64,000 nucleotides of DNA from Centroscyllium fabricii (Eukaryota), in assembly GCA_051313645.2 (NCBI GenBank), contig JBNRSN020000039.1, forward strand, positions 6,448,001 to 6,512,000. The letters are read 5' to 3'. Both the position numbers and the translations under genes were made by a program. The notes beneath the pieces were generated by a model. That model saw nothing but the letters and a program-made list of their open reading frames with translations, did not search any database and was not told where the DNA came from. Below, one piece after another: positions 35,640 to 50,100 of the stretch (the stretch's first letter is position 1; the number at the start of each line of letters is the position of its first letter).

Positions 35640-36690
35640 CATTGAATCATAGAAAATCATGGCATGGAATGAGGCCATTCGTCCCGTCGAGCCTGTGCTG
35701 GCTCTTTTGCAAGAGCTCGATTCAGTCCCACATCCCCGCTTTTTTCCGTATTCCAGGAAGTTTAACTTCCTGAAGACTCCGTACAACTCCCTTTTAAAAT
35801 TATTGCTGTAATCAGCTTCCAACAGCGTTTCAGGGAGAGCCATCCAGATCCCGGAACTCGGAGTGAAACTTAATTATCCTCATCTCCCCGTTAGATCTGT
35901 TGCCAATGGTTTTGAATCTATGGCCTTTGGTTATCTACACATGGTCAAGAGGGAATCATTTTTCTCTATCTAATCAACAAAACTATCATCCTTTCGATAA
36001 CCTCTATTAGGTCTCCTCTTATTATCTGTTCCAATGCGAGAATCCTACATTTTACAACATCTCCTCGTAATTATAGTCCCTCATCCTTGTCAACATCTGC
36101 TTAACCTCCTCTGTATCTTTTCCATTGCCTCATCATTGGACAGTGTGATTCACATATCTGTCCACAATACTGCAGCTGAGGCCGAAGCTGTGATTTATAC
36201 ATTTCCAGCATGTTTTTTTTTAGCTTTTATATTACATTCATCTATTTATAAACCTAAGTACCCATATGCTGTTTAACCAGCTTATCAACATGCTGTGCTA
36301 TGATTAAGGATTTGGGTGTATGTACACAAAGTTCATTCTGCTCATCCACAATTATAAAATATTATTATGTCTTCACATATTAATCCTCCAAAAGTGCATC
36401 ACTTCACACTTCTCCGCAGTGAACACCATCTGCCGGGCTTCTACCCATTTCACCAACCTGTCTGTCATTCTGAAACCTCTAACTGTCTGTTTCGCTTTCT
36501 ACTACTTTTCGAATGTTTGCATCGTCTGTAAACTTTATGATGCTGTTATTCACACCCGACTCCAGGCTGTTTACCAACATTGATCAAATGTAATGCAGCC
36601 AAGGCTGACTATTGTGGAACACCAGTGCTAAGCACATTCCAGACTGAAATATTTCCATTCAGCATCACCCTGTGCTCCTGTCACTGTATC
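35640..36690 (-). mobile_element. CR1 3' portion, degenerate
   Basis: Antisense tail (catagaaaatcatggcatggaatgaggccattcg) and RT remnants (gcatcgtctgtaaactt = KFTDD). Confidence 0.7.
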
Positions 36691-37479
36691 GGGTGTGTGT
36701 CACTCCATATTGAAAACACTCCATTGAGGGACAGATCATCAGTGCAGGCCGTGCAGCAAGGAACAAGGAACAGGCAGATAATTGAGGCACATAAGGATGC
36801 GGATGGAAGTGCTCTTGGTAAACTGTCTTTTCTTGGGTCTGCAGCTTGTGATATCCAACGGGAGATACTCGATGAGTTAAGTCTGGAGGTGACAAAAGTG
36901 CGAGGAAGAGTGTTGTGTTGGTCGTCAGGAAATGAGTTTGCAACTCAGCCCTGTGTCGAGCAGGATTGCAATAATGAACACTATGAGGACAGGCAGTGAT
37001 GTATGAAGATCTGCCGGTCGTGAAATGGTAGCGGTTTTTTGAAGTGGCTCAAAATTATGCTTTTAACTTTTCAGTTTTCCATGCCTTATAGATTAAAATG
37101 CGATGAAAAACAGGCAAGCTGAGGGCACAACGATATTGCGAGTCCAGATAAGTGGCGAAGCAATGGAACAGGAGGAATCATCAGGAAATATTCAGACCTG
37201 TCATAGACATATATCACGCAGGGGTAACGTGCAAACGAGGAAAATGTGAACATCTGGCATTTAAATGAGAGCATTTCCCACTAACCTCACACACAGCGGT
37301 GGCTCAGTCCTGGAAGTGAGTGTTGAAACAAATCTAGCCTGAGGCTGAGAGTATTAGAGAGCCTTCAAAATCTTATACAGGAGAACTTCAAAAGCTCTGC
37401 TCACTTAGTGACAGAGACAAGGAGGAGGGTCGGCACTGATGCGTGTGTTATGGAGTTATATGTACCAATGTACTTAGGC

Positions 37480-38478
37480 AGCAGGTGCAATGTCGATATG
37501 GAAGCACTGAGGGAGTACTGCACTGTTGTAGGGGCAATAATAAGGGAGTACTGCACTGTCAGTAGGGCAGTACTGAGGGAGCACTGCACTGTCGGAAAGG
37601 CAGTACACAGGGAGCGCTGCGCTGTCGGAAAGGCAGTACTGATTGAGCGCTGCACTGTCGTAGGGGCAGTACTGTGGGAGAATGTACTGTCGGAGGGGCA
37701 TTACTAGCGGTGTATTTCAGTGTCGGAGCGGCAGGAATGAGGTATTGCTGCACTGTTGGAGGGGCAGTAGTGAGGAAGCACAGCTCTGTCGGAGGGCGGC
37801 ATGGAGGGGTCGCGCCGCGGGTGGAGGGGAATTACTGATGGAACGCCGCACTGTCGGATGAGCTGTAATGAGGGAGCGCTGCACTGTGGGAGGGAGTACG
37901 CAGGGATAGAGGTACCGTCGGTGATTCAGTACTGAGGGATTGCTCAGTATCGGAGGTGCGGTTGTGAGTCAAACTTGCATTGTCCGAGTAGCAGAACTGT
38001 GGGAGTGCTACACTGTCGGAGGGGCTGGACTGAGGCAACGCCGCAATATCGGAGGGTCTGGAATGAGTCAACGCCGCACTGTCGGAGGGCCAGCAGTGAG
38101 GAAGTACTGCACTTTCGGAGATGCAGTACTGAGGGAGTTCTGCACTGTTGGAATGCGGTAGGAATGGATTTGTGCACTGTCGGAAGTGACGTTATTTGGT
38201 TGAGTATTAAACAAGCTTCCTTCTGTTATCTCGAGTCGACATAAAGGTTCCCATTACTCCGTTATAATGAAGAACAGACGAGTTATCCAATGTTCTGGAG
38301 CCGACGTGTATCCCTCAATCAACACTATTAAAATAGATTATCTGATCAGTATCATATTTATGTTTGTTGGAGATTGTTTTGCACAATTGGCTGCAGGTTT
38401 TAGTACCTTACACGAGTGACTGCACGTCAAACATTCCTCGTTGTGTGCAAACAATTTATGACGACCTGCGGCTGTGAA
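37480..38478 (+). repeat. Second Deu-type SINE with 33-bp tandem expansion (~21 units, 37480-38185), followed by SINE body and tail
   Basis: Units like gggagcactgcactgtcggaaaggcagtac, then the SINE 3' part (tatccctcaatcaacac...agattatctgatc...gtgactgcacgtcaaa). Confidence 0.8.
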
Positions 38479-38794
38479 AATCAAATCTCCCTCTTTGTTT
38501 TAGTGTATTTTTTAAATTTTAGCAATTTCGGAGAGAGACGTTGCATTGCTTGATCTGGTAAAGTTGTAAAAGTAATCAAGGTAGTTTTCTCCAATCTACC
38601 GAGCTGAAATTTGTGAGTGTGAAGTTTGGAACAGCGAGTGGGAGAGGTGAGAATCCTGAGTTGGAGCAACGATTTCGGACGAGGAACTGAAGGAGTTAAG
38701 AAATGCTCCTAGGTTGCTGTATTGTCCAAATGGGAAGTCGGTTCAGTAAAAGCGGGAGCAGAATACAAAGTTTCGATAGTGATCGAAAACGTTC

Positions 38795-39052
38795 CCCCAG
38801 ATGCGCGGGTTAGGTTGATTGGGCATGATAAATTGACTGTTAGTGTTAGGGGAATTGAATATGTGGGGTTAACGGGATAGGGTGGGACATGTGTCGGTGC
38901 AGTCTCGGTAGGGATCGAGTGATATGGGGACAAGGCAGGTGCAGCGTGCTGGGTTTGACAGATCAGCCTTGATCTCATTGAATGGCGGAGTATGCTCGAA
39001 GGGCCGAATGGCCTACTCCTGCTCCTATCTTCTATGTTTCTATGTTTCTATG
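38795..39052 (+). mobile_element. HE1-like SINE, 5'-truncated
   Basis: Colinear with 26395-26645 and ends in (ctatgttt)n. Confidence 0.85.
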
Positions 39053-39194
39053 CAGCGGCTCAGCGTAATTGGAGACGAAGTGAACAGAGAAATCTGGAAA
39101 TTATATTGTGAACATTGCCAGTGATTGAGATGTCAAAATTGGCGGGAGCAAGTTGCAGAAGGTGGGTATGGGTTATCTGAGCAGATTTCAACTG

Positions 39195-39640
39195 AAAACG
39201 AATGGAACTTTTCAAACGTATTCGAGTCATTTTCAATGGAAAGGAACACTGCATATTCGAGTCATTTGCAATGGAATGGAACATTGCACCATTTAAGTAA
39301 TTTCCCATAGAATGGAATATTTCAACATTAGAGTCATTTTCAATGGAATGGTACATTGCAAGCAAGATTCTAGTTATTTGAAATGGAATGGAACATTGCA
39401 GCATTTGAGTCATTTTCAATGTAATGGAACTTTGGAATTTTCGCGTCATTTGCAAATGTATTGCACCATTGCAACACTCGAGACATTTGCAATGGAATGG
39501 TACATTGCAACCAAAATTTGTGTCAATTGAAATGTAAAGGAACATTTCACCATTCGAGCCATTTGCAATGGAATGGGAATTTGTAATCTTCGCGTCATTT
39601 GCAATGGAAATAAATATTGCAACATCCGAGTCATTTGCAT
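39195..39640. repeat. 36-bp minisatellite (~12-13 units)
   Basis: Unit near caatggaatggaacattgcaacattcgagtcatttg, with starts at about 39341, 39381, 39417, 39490, 39566 and 39602. Confidence 0.85.
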
Positions 39641-39669
39641 TGCAGAGAGTATAAGCAAAGCAGACCCAA

Positions 39670-40612
39670 TCTGTACCCATAGTTAATTCCTGCCATGCCA
39701 GGTATCAGCCTTCTGAACATCCGCTGAACTCCGTCGATGGCAAGAACATCATTCCTCAGATAAGGTGAACTGAAATGTACACAGTACTAAGGTGTGGTCT
39801 CACCAAGGCCCTTTCCAACTGCAGAAAGACATCATTGTTCCTGTACTCCAACTATTACGCTACGAAGGCCAACGTAACATTTGCCTTCTTCAACGGCTGC
39901 TGCACCTGCATGCTTCCCTTTCTCGACTTGAGTACACGAACACCCAGGTCTCTATGCATTCGCCCTTCTCCCGAGCTATTCCCATTCCGATAATAGTCTG
40001 CCTTTCTGTTTTTGACAGCAAAGTGGATAACCTCGCATTTATCCACATTATATTGTATCTGTCACGCTTCTCCACAATCATCCAACCTTTCCAAATCATT
40101 CTGGAGTTTCTGGGTGCCCTCCACGCTGCCACACGCTCTCCCGGCTTTGTATCGTCTGCAAAGTTGGAGATATTAGATATAGTTCCTTTATCTCGAACAT
40201 TAATGCATATTGTGAATAGCTGGGGCCGAAGGACCGATGCCTGCGGTTCCCCACTAGTCACAGCCTGCCATTTGGAAAAAGACACGTTAATTCCTATTCT
40301 CTGCTATCTGTCCGCCAACCAGTTCTCTATCCAAGTCAATAACTTGCCGCCAATCGCATGTGCCTCAACCTTACCCGCTAATCACTTATCCGGGACATCA
40401 GCAAAAGCCTTTTAAAAGTCCAAGTTCACCACACTAATAGTTGTCTCTTATCTATTTTCCCAGTTACATCCTCAAAATATTCCTGCAGATTACTCTAGCA
40501 CAATTTACCTTTTGTAAATCCATGTTGACATTGTCCGATCCTGTCACTGTTTTCCAAATCCTGATTATAACATTATTTGTAATGGACTCTAGCATTTTCC
40601 CCACTAGCGATA
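39670..40612 (-). mobile_element. CR1 RT fragment
   Basis: WQAVTSG.PQ.SVL.PQLFTI, NFADDT and DKCEVIHF in minus-strand ORFs. Confidence 0.85.
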
Positions 40613-41705
40613 ACTATCACTAAGGAAATAGCATCAGGTTAAATAATAGGACTAAAAGATGACAAGTCTTCTGTACCTTATGGCCTGTATCCTGGTGTCT
40701 TAAAATAATTGGATGCAGAGATAGTCAATGCATTAGTAGCTACATCCCAGTATTCCAGGACTTTGGAGAGACCCAGATAATTGGAAAACCGATAATGTAA
40801 CATCCCTATTTAAGAACGGAAGGAAGGCCGAAACCGGCAAACTATGGACCAGTTAGCCTAACATCTGTCGTTGGTGAAATGCTGTAATTCTTCATTAAGG
40901 AAGCAGTAACAGGGCATTTGGCAAAAAAAACATACTGCAGTCAAACAGAGTCAGCATTGTTTTAGGAAATGGAAATAATATTTAACAAATTTGCCGCAGT
41001 TCTTTGAAGATGTAACAAGCAGGGTAGGCAAGTGTGAGCTCGTGGTAGCGGTGTATTTGGTTTTCCCGAAGGCTTTCGATAAGGTGCCACATAAAAGCAT
41101 ATTAGTTAAGGTAAGAGCAGACGGAATTGGGGGCAATGCATTCGCATGGATGGAGAATGAGCTAACTACCCGATAGCAGTCAGGTGGGATAAATGGGTAA
41201 TTTTCTGGTTGATAAACGGTCATTGGTAGAGTGCCACAAGGGCCGGTGCTGTGGCCTGAACTATTTTTCAATCTACTTTAACGACTTGGATGAAGGGATC
41301 CAGTATAATGTAGACACATTTGCAGAAGATAAATAAGTGGGTGAGAAAGCAAGAGTACTCGAGGAATATGCAAAGTGATATAGACAGGCGCGGTGAGTGG
41401 GGAATTTTTTTGGCAGATGGGGTATAACATGAGAAAGTGCGAGGTTATCCACTTTGGCAGGAAACATAAAAAAGTAAACTATTATCTAAATCGAGAGAGA
41501 TTAAAAAATGATACCATTTATATGGATCTTGGTTCTTTGTGCATGAAACACAAAAAGCTGTCATGGAGGTACAGCAAAAAATCAGAAAGGCAAATGGAAA
41601 CTTGGTCTGTATTTTAAGAGGGTTTGCCTATAAAAGCAGGGATGTCCTGCTGGAACTGCATACGGTATTGGTGAGAGCACACATTGATTAATGCATACTG
41701 TTTTG
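40613..41705 (+). mobile_element. CR1 RT fragment
   Basis: QFFEDVTSRV...KAFDKVPH and KCEVIHFGRK, with many stops. Confidence 0.8.
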
Positions 41706-41734
41706 ATCTCATTATGTTAGGAATAACATACGTT

Positions 41735-43400
41735 CCTGCCTCCACCCCCCTTCCAAGCAGTGAGTTCCAGATTCCAAACAGCCTCTGGGTGAAAATTTTC
41801 CTCCTCAAATCCCCCGTAAATCTCCTGCCCCTTTAATTTAATCTATGCACCCTAGTTATTGACCACTCTACAAAGGGAAAATGTTCCTTTTTATCTTCCA
41901 CGTTAATGCCCCTCATAATCAGACCCCCACTCAGCCTTCTCTGCACTAAGGAAAACAAACCCATCCTGTCCAATCTCTCTTCATAGCTGAAGCGTTCCAG
42001 CCCAGATAACATCCAGGTGAAAATCCTCTGCACCTTCTCCAAAACAATTACATCCATCCTGTAGTGTGGACCAGAACTGCACAAAGTATCCCAGCTGTGG
42101 CGTTACCAACGCTGTGTACAGCTCCATTAAAACCTCCCTGCTCTTATATTATGTGCTTCGTCTAATGAAGGACAGTATCGCAAATGTATTTTAACCACCT
42201 TAGTTACCTGTCTTGCTGCATTCAGGGTTCGCTATACATGCATACCACGGCCCCTCTGATCCTCTGTCTTTCTTATTGTGTTGCCATTCATTGTGTATTC
42301 ACTTGCCTTGTTAGTTCTCGCAAAAAGCATAACCTCACATTTCTCATTATTAAATTACATCTGACATTGTTCTGCCCATCTGACAAACCCATCTATATCG
42401 TGCTGCATTCTGAGACTTTCTTCCTCGCTATTTACCACTCCACCAATGTTCGTGTCGCCTGAGAACTCACTAATCATATATTTAATGTACATATCTAAAT
42501 CATTAATGTAGACTACAGACATCAAGGGATCCACCACCGATCCCTGCAGTGCCCCACTGGAAACAGGTTACGAGTCACAAAAACAAACATCGACCATCAC
42601 CCTCTGCCTCCTGCCACTGAGCCAGTTTAAGGTCCAAAGTGCCGAGTTGCCCTGGATCCCATGGGCTCTTATCTTGTTGACCAGTCTCTATGCGGGACTA
42701 TATCAAAAGCCTTACAGAAATCCGTGTATACCACATCCATTGCACGACCCTCATCTACAAACCTTGTCATTCGATTGAAATATTCAATTTAGTTGTTCAG
42801 ACAGGATCTTCCCTTAACAAAGCTTTGCTGACTATCCTTGATTAATCGTTGCCTCTCCAAGTACTTTCCAATACTTTCCCTACTACTGATATTAGGCTAA
42901 CTGGTCTATAATTCCCCGGTTTATCCCTGCTACGCTTTTTAAATAATGGTTCTAAGTTAGCTGCACTGCAGCCCTCCGGTACATCCCCTGTGGCCAGAGT
43001 GGTGCTGAAGTTTTGTGTCAGAGACCCTCGCAATCTCCACCTTTGCCTCTCACAGCATCCTGGGATACATCTCGTCTCTGCCTGGGGATTTATCCACCTT
43101 TAAGCATACTAAAACAGCTAATAGCTCATCCCTATAATTATAATTGGTTCAAGTAAATCACAGTCCCTCTGCCTGAATTTAAGTGTTACATCGTTCTTGT
43201 CCATAGTGAAGGCAGATTGAAAATATTAGATTAAGAACTCTCCTACGTCCTCTGGCTCTGCACACAGATTGCCACGTTATTCCCTAATGGGCCCTTCTTT
43301 TTCCCTGATTATCCTCTTGCCCTCAATATGCTTGTAAAACAACGTAGGATTTTCCTTTATTTGCTCACCAGTGTTATTTCATGGCTACTTCTCGCTCTCC
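41735..43400 (-). mobile_element. CR1 RT and 3' fragment
   Basis: PLFKK..RDKPGNYRPVSLISVVGK, YINDLD and LEKVQR.FT. Confidence 0.8.
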
Positions 43401-43479
43401 TTATATCTTTTTTTAAATTTATATCACATTTGATATAAATGATATAACTACGGAATGGATATATTAAACATGAAGCCTG

Positions 43480-46400
43480 ACCTCAGTGGCACTACAGTTC
43501 ATGGAATTTTTTATTGAAGTTCTGGTACATGGCACAGTCAGAAATGTTGACCCCAGGAGTCGGTATTGGGACAAGTGCTCTCTCTGATATATATTAATCA
43601 CCTGGATTGTGTACAATGAGATTAGTTACAAAATGTGCAGATGGCAGGAAACTGGGAAATGTAATAAACAATGAGGAGGATAGTAACATACTTCTGTAGT
43701 CACCAGCCAGACTGGTGAAACGGGAGGTACATGGTGGATTAATTTTAACGGAGAACTGTGTAAAGTGTTAAATTTCGGTAGGAGGAATGTGGAGAAGACA
43801 TAACAGTAGATTTTAATTTGTGCGCATGAACAGAGAGACACAAGGGTAAAGGTACACAAACATTTGAAGGAGGCTGGCCAAGCTGAGAAGCCAGTTAAAA
43901 ACGTATTCGCGATGAATGGCCTAATTAAAAGCGGAATACAGTAAATTGTAAGGAAGGTATACTAGAATTTTATTTAATAAAACTTCTGGATCATCATCTG
44001 CATTTTTCTGTCCAATTGTGCACACCACACTTCAGGAAAGATGTGAATGTGTTAAATAGGATGCAGGAAAATGTCACTAGAATGCTTCCATGGATGAGTG
44101 ACTTCAGTTATTTGGAGAGACAGGAGAAGCTGCGTTTGTTCTACTTAGAGTAGAAAAAGTTACGAGGACATTGCATGGATGTGTTGAGAAAGTTGAACGG
44201 CTTTGAGAGAGAGTAAAAAATGATAAACACGTTCCATTTTGAGAAGGCTCGGTAACGAGATGAAACAGATTTAAGATGATGAGCAAAAGAACCAGAGGGG
44301 ATATGAGGAAACTTTCTTTTTTACACTGCAAATTATGATCCGTAATGCGCTGCCAAAAGGCAGGCAGAAGCAGATGCAATATTAACTTTCAAAACATAAT
44401 TGCGTGTCTGTGGCCGTTGACGTGACTCCCGGATGGATAGTTGCCTCCCTGGTGACAAGTTAAGGGTGTTACTGAGCAGCTGCAGGAGTGGGGAAGGTGA
44501 TCAGCCCGGTATCGTTGTCCATTTCGGTACCAACGATACAGACAGGAAGAGTCATGTGGTCCTGCAGGCAGAATTTAGGATACTAGAAGTGGCATTCAAA
44601 AGCAGGACTTCAAAGTTAGTAATTTCCGGATTACTCCTGTGCGGCACGTTTTTGAGGGTACATGAAAAGTAGGATAGAAAATATGAAATCCTGGTTGGAG
44701 AGGTGGTTCAGGATGTAGGGCTTTAGAATTTTGAGGCATGGGAATCCGTTCTGGGAAATGTGGGACGTCTACCAGCTGGACGGTTTACAGCTCATCTGAG
44801 CCGAGAGTAATATTCTCACGGGGAGGTTAGTTAGAGCTGTTGGGCATGGTTTAATTTAGCTTGGTAGAGGTTGTGCACCAGCATGAAGTAGGAAAGTGAA
44901 ATAATTGCATAAAAGAGTGAGTGTGTCGGGTAGGACTAGATACGAAATGTGTCGGAGAACCACAAATAGAATAATATTAGATAGGAGCAGTATAAGGAAG
45001 TCTATGAAAAATTAAAAAAATGGGTTCAGAATGCATATACATAAATCTCAAAGTGTGGTGAATACGGTTGGTGAGCTACAGGCACAATTAGCCTGGGGGC
45101 AAAATGATGCTGTGTCAATAACGGGGACGTGGCATAAAAACAGCGAGGACGGGGCACATAATATTCAAAGTTTAAGGTTTTCAGAAAAGATAGGGAAGGA
45201 AAAACGTGAGTTGGCTGGAAGTTCTGATTAAGAATACATTGTAATGTTGGAAAGTAAGGATATTCTAATAATTACAAGGACAGCATCCATTTGATTAGAC
45301 GTGAGTAGTAAATATATATGATAACGATATTGCGGTTATGTACAAAGCTACTAATAGTGAGAGCGATGCTGAGGAATACATCTGCAAGTAGATGGCAGAA
45401 ATCTGCAAGACCTATTGAGTGGTGAAATCGGCGGACTTTAATTAAACACATTATTGGGATAATGCTAGCGTAAAGGAAAAGGATGGGGGAGGAATTTCTG
45501 AAGTGTGTTCAGGATAATTACCTTGACCTGTATGTCCTTGGGCCAACCCCTGAGATCAATTGGTCATAAGTAATCATTGTAACAAAATATTTAGAGTAGT
45601 ACTCGAGAGGAGCAGGTAACAATCTTCAGTGGAACTCCTAAAGTGGAATTGTGCTAACCTCAATGAGTTCCGAAGTGATCTAGCCATGGATTAAACGGAA
45701 ATAAAGACTGACAGGGAAATCTGTAGCAGACCAATGGGTGGTCTTTAAGGAGGAGATGTTCCAAGTACCAACGACGAAAAATAAAACAAGAGTAAAGTGT
45801 TAGCGAATAAAAGCTTCTTGGAGGATGAGCGAGATAGCGAAAGATGATTAAAAAAGAAACAATGGTATATGATCCATGGCAGATTAATTATTCAAGGGAG
45901 AACGAGACCAAATACAGTAAGTTGAGAGGATAAGTGAAGCTTAAAATAACATTGTCAAAGAGATAATATGAGAGAAGAGTGGCGGTTATTTCAGGGACCC
46001 CAAAATTTTCTACTGGCATGTAAACAGTAAGGGGCGTGGTGGGGCCTGTTATGGACAAATCAGTTGATATATGCTTAGAAGCACAGGACACGGCTAGAAA
46101 AGTCAATCAGCATTTGTGTCGGTGTTTACTAAGGAGGTGGATACTGCTAAAATAGCGGTAAAAATGGTAAAGGTAGAAGCAATGGGAGTGGTGTGAATTA
46201 ATAGACAGGTCATGATAGAAATCCTGCGTATTCTTACAGTGAATACATCTCCTGGTCCAGAAAGCTTGCATCCCAGGTTGGTAAGGGAATTGGGAGAGGA
46301 GATGGTGGATGGCTAGCCATAATTTTGCAATGTTTTTCATAAATGTGGGGAATGTTCCTGAAGATTGGAAAGTGTTTGACACCTATGTTCAATAAAGCGC

Positions 46401-47070
46401 GCAGGATCAAGTCTAATAACGAGAGGCCATTCAGTCTATCATCACTGGTCGGTAAAATTTAAGAAACATTACCAAGGAAAAAAGTAACGGGCACTTGGTG
46501 AGACTTAATCTAATTAAGGAGAGCACACGTAGAATTGTAAAGGGCATATTTTGTTTGACTAAGCTAATTGAATTGTTTGATGAAGTGTGAGAGGTATTTG
46601 AAGAAGGTAATGCAATGGGTTTGCCTACAAAATATCACTGATAAAGTCGGGTTTACAATATTCAGCCATTAGAATATGTAAGGTCTGTTATTGGCAGCAG
46701 GGACAAGGGATTGGGTTTATGACAGAAAACAGCGATTTGTGGTAAGTGTCTATTTTTCAGACTGGAAGGAGGTAGACAGTGTTGTTCCCCTGGGTTGTTC
46801 AATGTTGCTGCCACTGCTTTTTAAGATATATATATATATATATGACCTGTGCTTTGAAAGAGAGATTAGTTTCTAAATTTGCCGAAGAAACCAATCCTGG
46901 GGCTTTGGAGAAGTGTGAGGAGGTACCAGTCCACTGCAACAGGACATAGAAAGTCTTGCAGAATGGGAAGATAAGTGGCAAATTGAATCTAACAAAGATA
47001 AGTTTGAGGTGCTGCATTTTGGCAGAAGGAACAGGTAGAGGCAACCTGTACTTAATGGCACAGTTTTAAA
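43480..47070 (+). mobile_element. Two old CR1 copies (RT/3' piece to about 44.4 kb; ORF1 esterase + ORF2 remnant 44.4-47.07 kb)
   Basis: CLPG...PGIVVHFGTND...LVISGLL (SGNH esterase ORF1), then EN and RT remnants. Confidence 0.75.
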
Positions 47071-47129
47071 GAGTGTGCTGGGAAAGAGAGTCCTCGACCT
47101 TTATCTGCATAAGTCCGTAAATATGGCCG

Positions 47130-50100
47130 GACGTGACCGAGGGCTCGACGCCACTAAAGGTGACAAGGAGCCCAGAAGAGTGCGAGAGTTTGTCGCTGCA
47201 AAAGGTGACCTGGAGTCCAGGAAAGCGCGAGAGTTCAGAGTTACTATGGCTGAGGGGGGGCCACGGGGGAGCAGAAGTGTTCGGAGCCAGTATAGGTGAG
47301 CGGGAGAGCAAGAGAGCGGGCTCCATGGACTGATCAGTGTAAAGATGTAAAATGCAGTCGACGTGTGACATCAACAGAATTATTTAATTGATTGGTTGGT
47401 GAGTCTTACTCTATTTCTAGAAATTTAATGGCCCAGAAACTCCGGTCGTAGGCTTTCCGCGGGTGCAAGCCTCGACCTTCACTTACCTAGCATGCCACCC
47501 ATTGAACTGTGGTCTCGTGTGGGATTCCGATCCATGGCCTCCTCCAATTGCAGGTGCGCAGTGGTTGCAAATCGCAGGTGCGTAGTTAGATCGAAGCGTC
47601 CCTGGAATCAGGTTTGCCGTGGAGAGCCATAGGTACCAGGGGATGTTTCATTCAGGAACAGCTGTCAGAACAATAAATACAAAAAGCACCAAAACGTAGC
47701 TAAAACTTCAAGTGAATTGTAAGTAAGCACATTTAAAAAATGATTACAAATAGCATGTAATAACCATGTAAAACATTAATTACATTTTTGGGGAAAATGA
47801 AAAACAATTTCTAAAGGGGCTAAAAATAAACGTACCTTTATTTAAAGTAAAAATAATAAACCTGTGGATAAAATATAATTTTAATGAATTCACCAATTAA
47901 ATTATTAAATCCAGGCATTGCGCCTGGTTTATACATGTGATAGTCCAGGAAACTTAGCATCACGGAAAAATCTGGAAAAAAACGTAAGAGCCATGTGCAC
48001 ACCCTGCTTCACCCGCACCCGTGTTCCGTTTCTGAATGCCTTCCTTCAATGGAACGGAAGTTCCGGTTTTCCACGCGTGCGCAGTGCATGCTTTAAACCG
48101 TCATTTTGGTCGGGACTTTCAGTGAGTACAGAGTGCGTACTCACACTTTGGGTCTCGAATCTCTGGGCCATTAATTAATAGAGGTGTGTGACTAGTCAAT
48201 GTTTTGTAGTTGTTCCATTTGGGAGCTGCGAGACACCTTTGTGGTCCAGGCAGACTACATCTGCTGAAAATGCTGGCTGCTCTAGGAACTTCAACTGAGA
48301 TTTTATGAGCTAGAGTCCGAGCTTCAGAAACTGTCACACTTTAGGGAGGGGAGTTTTACCTATTCACTATATTCCATGTGCCATTCCTACCACTAATGTA
48401 CTGATTAACATATTTGCCCATATTCAGGGACTACAAGCGAGGCACGTATTGGGATCCAGGAGTTAGTAATGCAGGAGACTCAAACCTTGGCCTGGTCTAG
48501 CAAGTAAACGATTCTTGCACCACATGCGGACAAGTGTGGGAAGGACGGGAAGATGAGCAAACTGACCACAACACCGTGGAACATGGAGCCATTCAAGTGG
48601 GGGGAGTAAAACGAAATGCTGTAATGATAGGGAATTGTATAGTTAGGGGTGAGACACTATTTTGTGCAGCCGAGAGTGTGAGTCCCAAAGACTGTCTTGC
48701 CTGCCAATTGCCAGGGTTAAGTGCATCCCCTCTGGGCTCGAGAGAAACATGGAGGGGGAGGGTGATGATCCAGTTGTTATGATTCACGTAGTCTCCAATG
48801 ACATAGTTAGAACAAATAAAGAGGTTCAGCTTAGTGTATGTATAGCTAGAGGATAATCTACACAGCAGAAACATAATGGCATTAATCTAATTTAACAGAG
48901 TAAATAAGATTAGGGAAATGAATGTGTGGATCAAAGTTTGGTGTGGAAGAAATGGGTTTCGATTTGGGCGGCACAGGCAATGATACTGGGATAAGAGAAA
49001 GCTGCTCCATTTGGATGGCCTTCACTTCAACCATGCTGGGCCCAGAGTCCTGGCGAATCGAATAACTAGGGCAGTAGAGCGGACTGTAAATTAAATAGAG
49101 TGGTTCGGTGAGGATCCTGGGGAATGCTAAATTCAAAAGCCAATGAATAATAAGAAAGCAATAGAGCAGGATAGAGATGTAGGAAATAAAAACCAGAGTC
49201 TGACAGGAATTAACAGAATGTTTAAACACAAGAGTGTAACAGTAAATGGGGCAAAAACTAGTATGAATACTAAATAGACAAAGTTAATTCTCTATATCTG
49301 AATGCACGCAGCATTCGTAGCACGAATGTTGAGTTGACGCCACGAACAGAAACAAATGGTTATGATCTGATCTGCATTACAGAGACGAGTTTGCAAGGAG
49401 ATAAGTGCTGGGAACTGAAAGTACCAGGGTGTTTGACAAGTTGCTATAACATACAGAAAGAAAAGGGAATTGAGTTAATTTGTTGTTAAATGATGGGATC
49501 AACACAGTGGTGAGAAGAGATACTGCCTCAGATGATCAAGATGTAGAATCGCTTTGGGTGGAGGTGAAAAATATTAAAGGGAATAGTATTCTGTTCAGCT
49601 TAACCTAAAGACCCCCGAACAGTTGCAATTCTGTTGGACAGATTATATTATAAATCAACAAATAATGTCGGTCTGTCAAAATGGTATTCTAATAATCATG
49701 GGTGATTTTAATTTCGATAGTGATTGGACAAATCAAATTGGCATAGTAGCATTTAATAGGAGTTCATATAATGTGTTCGGATGTTTTCCAAGAACAGTAT
49801 GAAATGGAACCAAAAATGAGCAGGCTATCTTGGGTCTGGTAATGTATAATGAGAGTGAACTAATAAGGATCTCATAGTAATGTATCTTCAAGGAAAGATT
49901 GATCATAGGGTGGTTGAATTTTAAAATTTGTTGGAGGGTGAGAAAGCTGCATCCCAAACCAGCGTGGTGAACTTAAACAAAGCCAATTATAATGGCATGA
50001 GCGCAGAACTGGATACATTGGAATGGAAAATCAATTAAGGATAAGTATATTGAAATGCAGTGCTGGACTTTTAAGGAGACATATCATAACGCTCGACAAA

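Noticed and set aside
40600-40625. Back-to-back CR1 pieces suggesting a twin-priming 5' inversion
   Set aside because: The two pieces cover overlapping RT regions and differ in sequence, so they are independent insertions.
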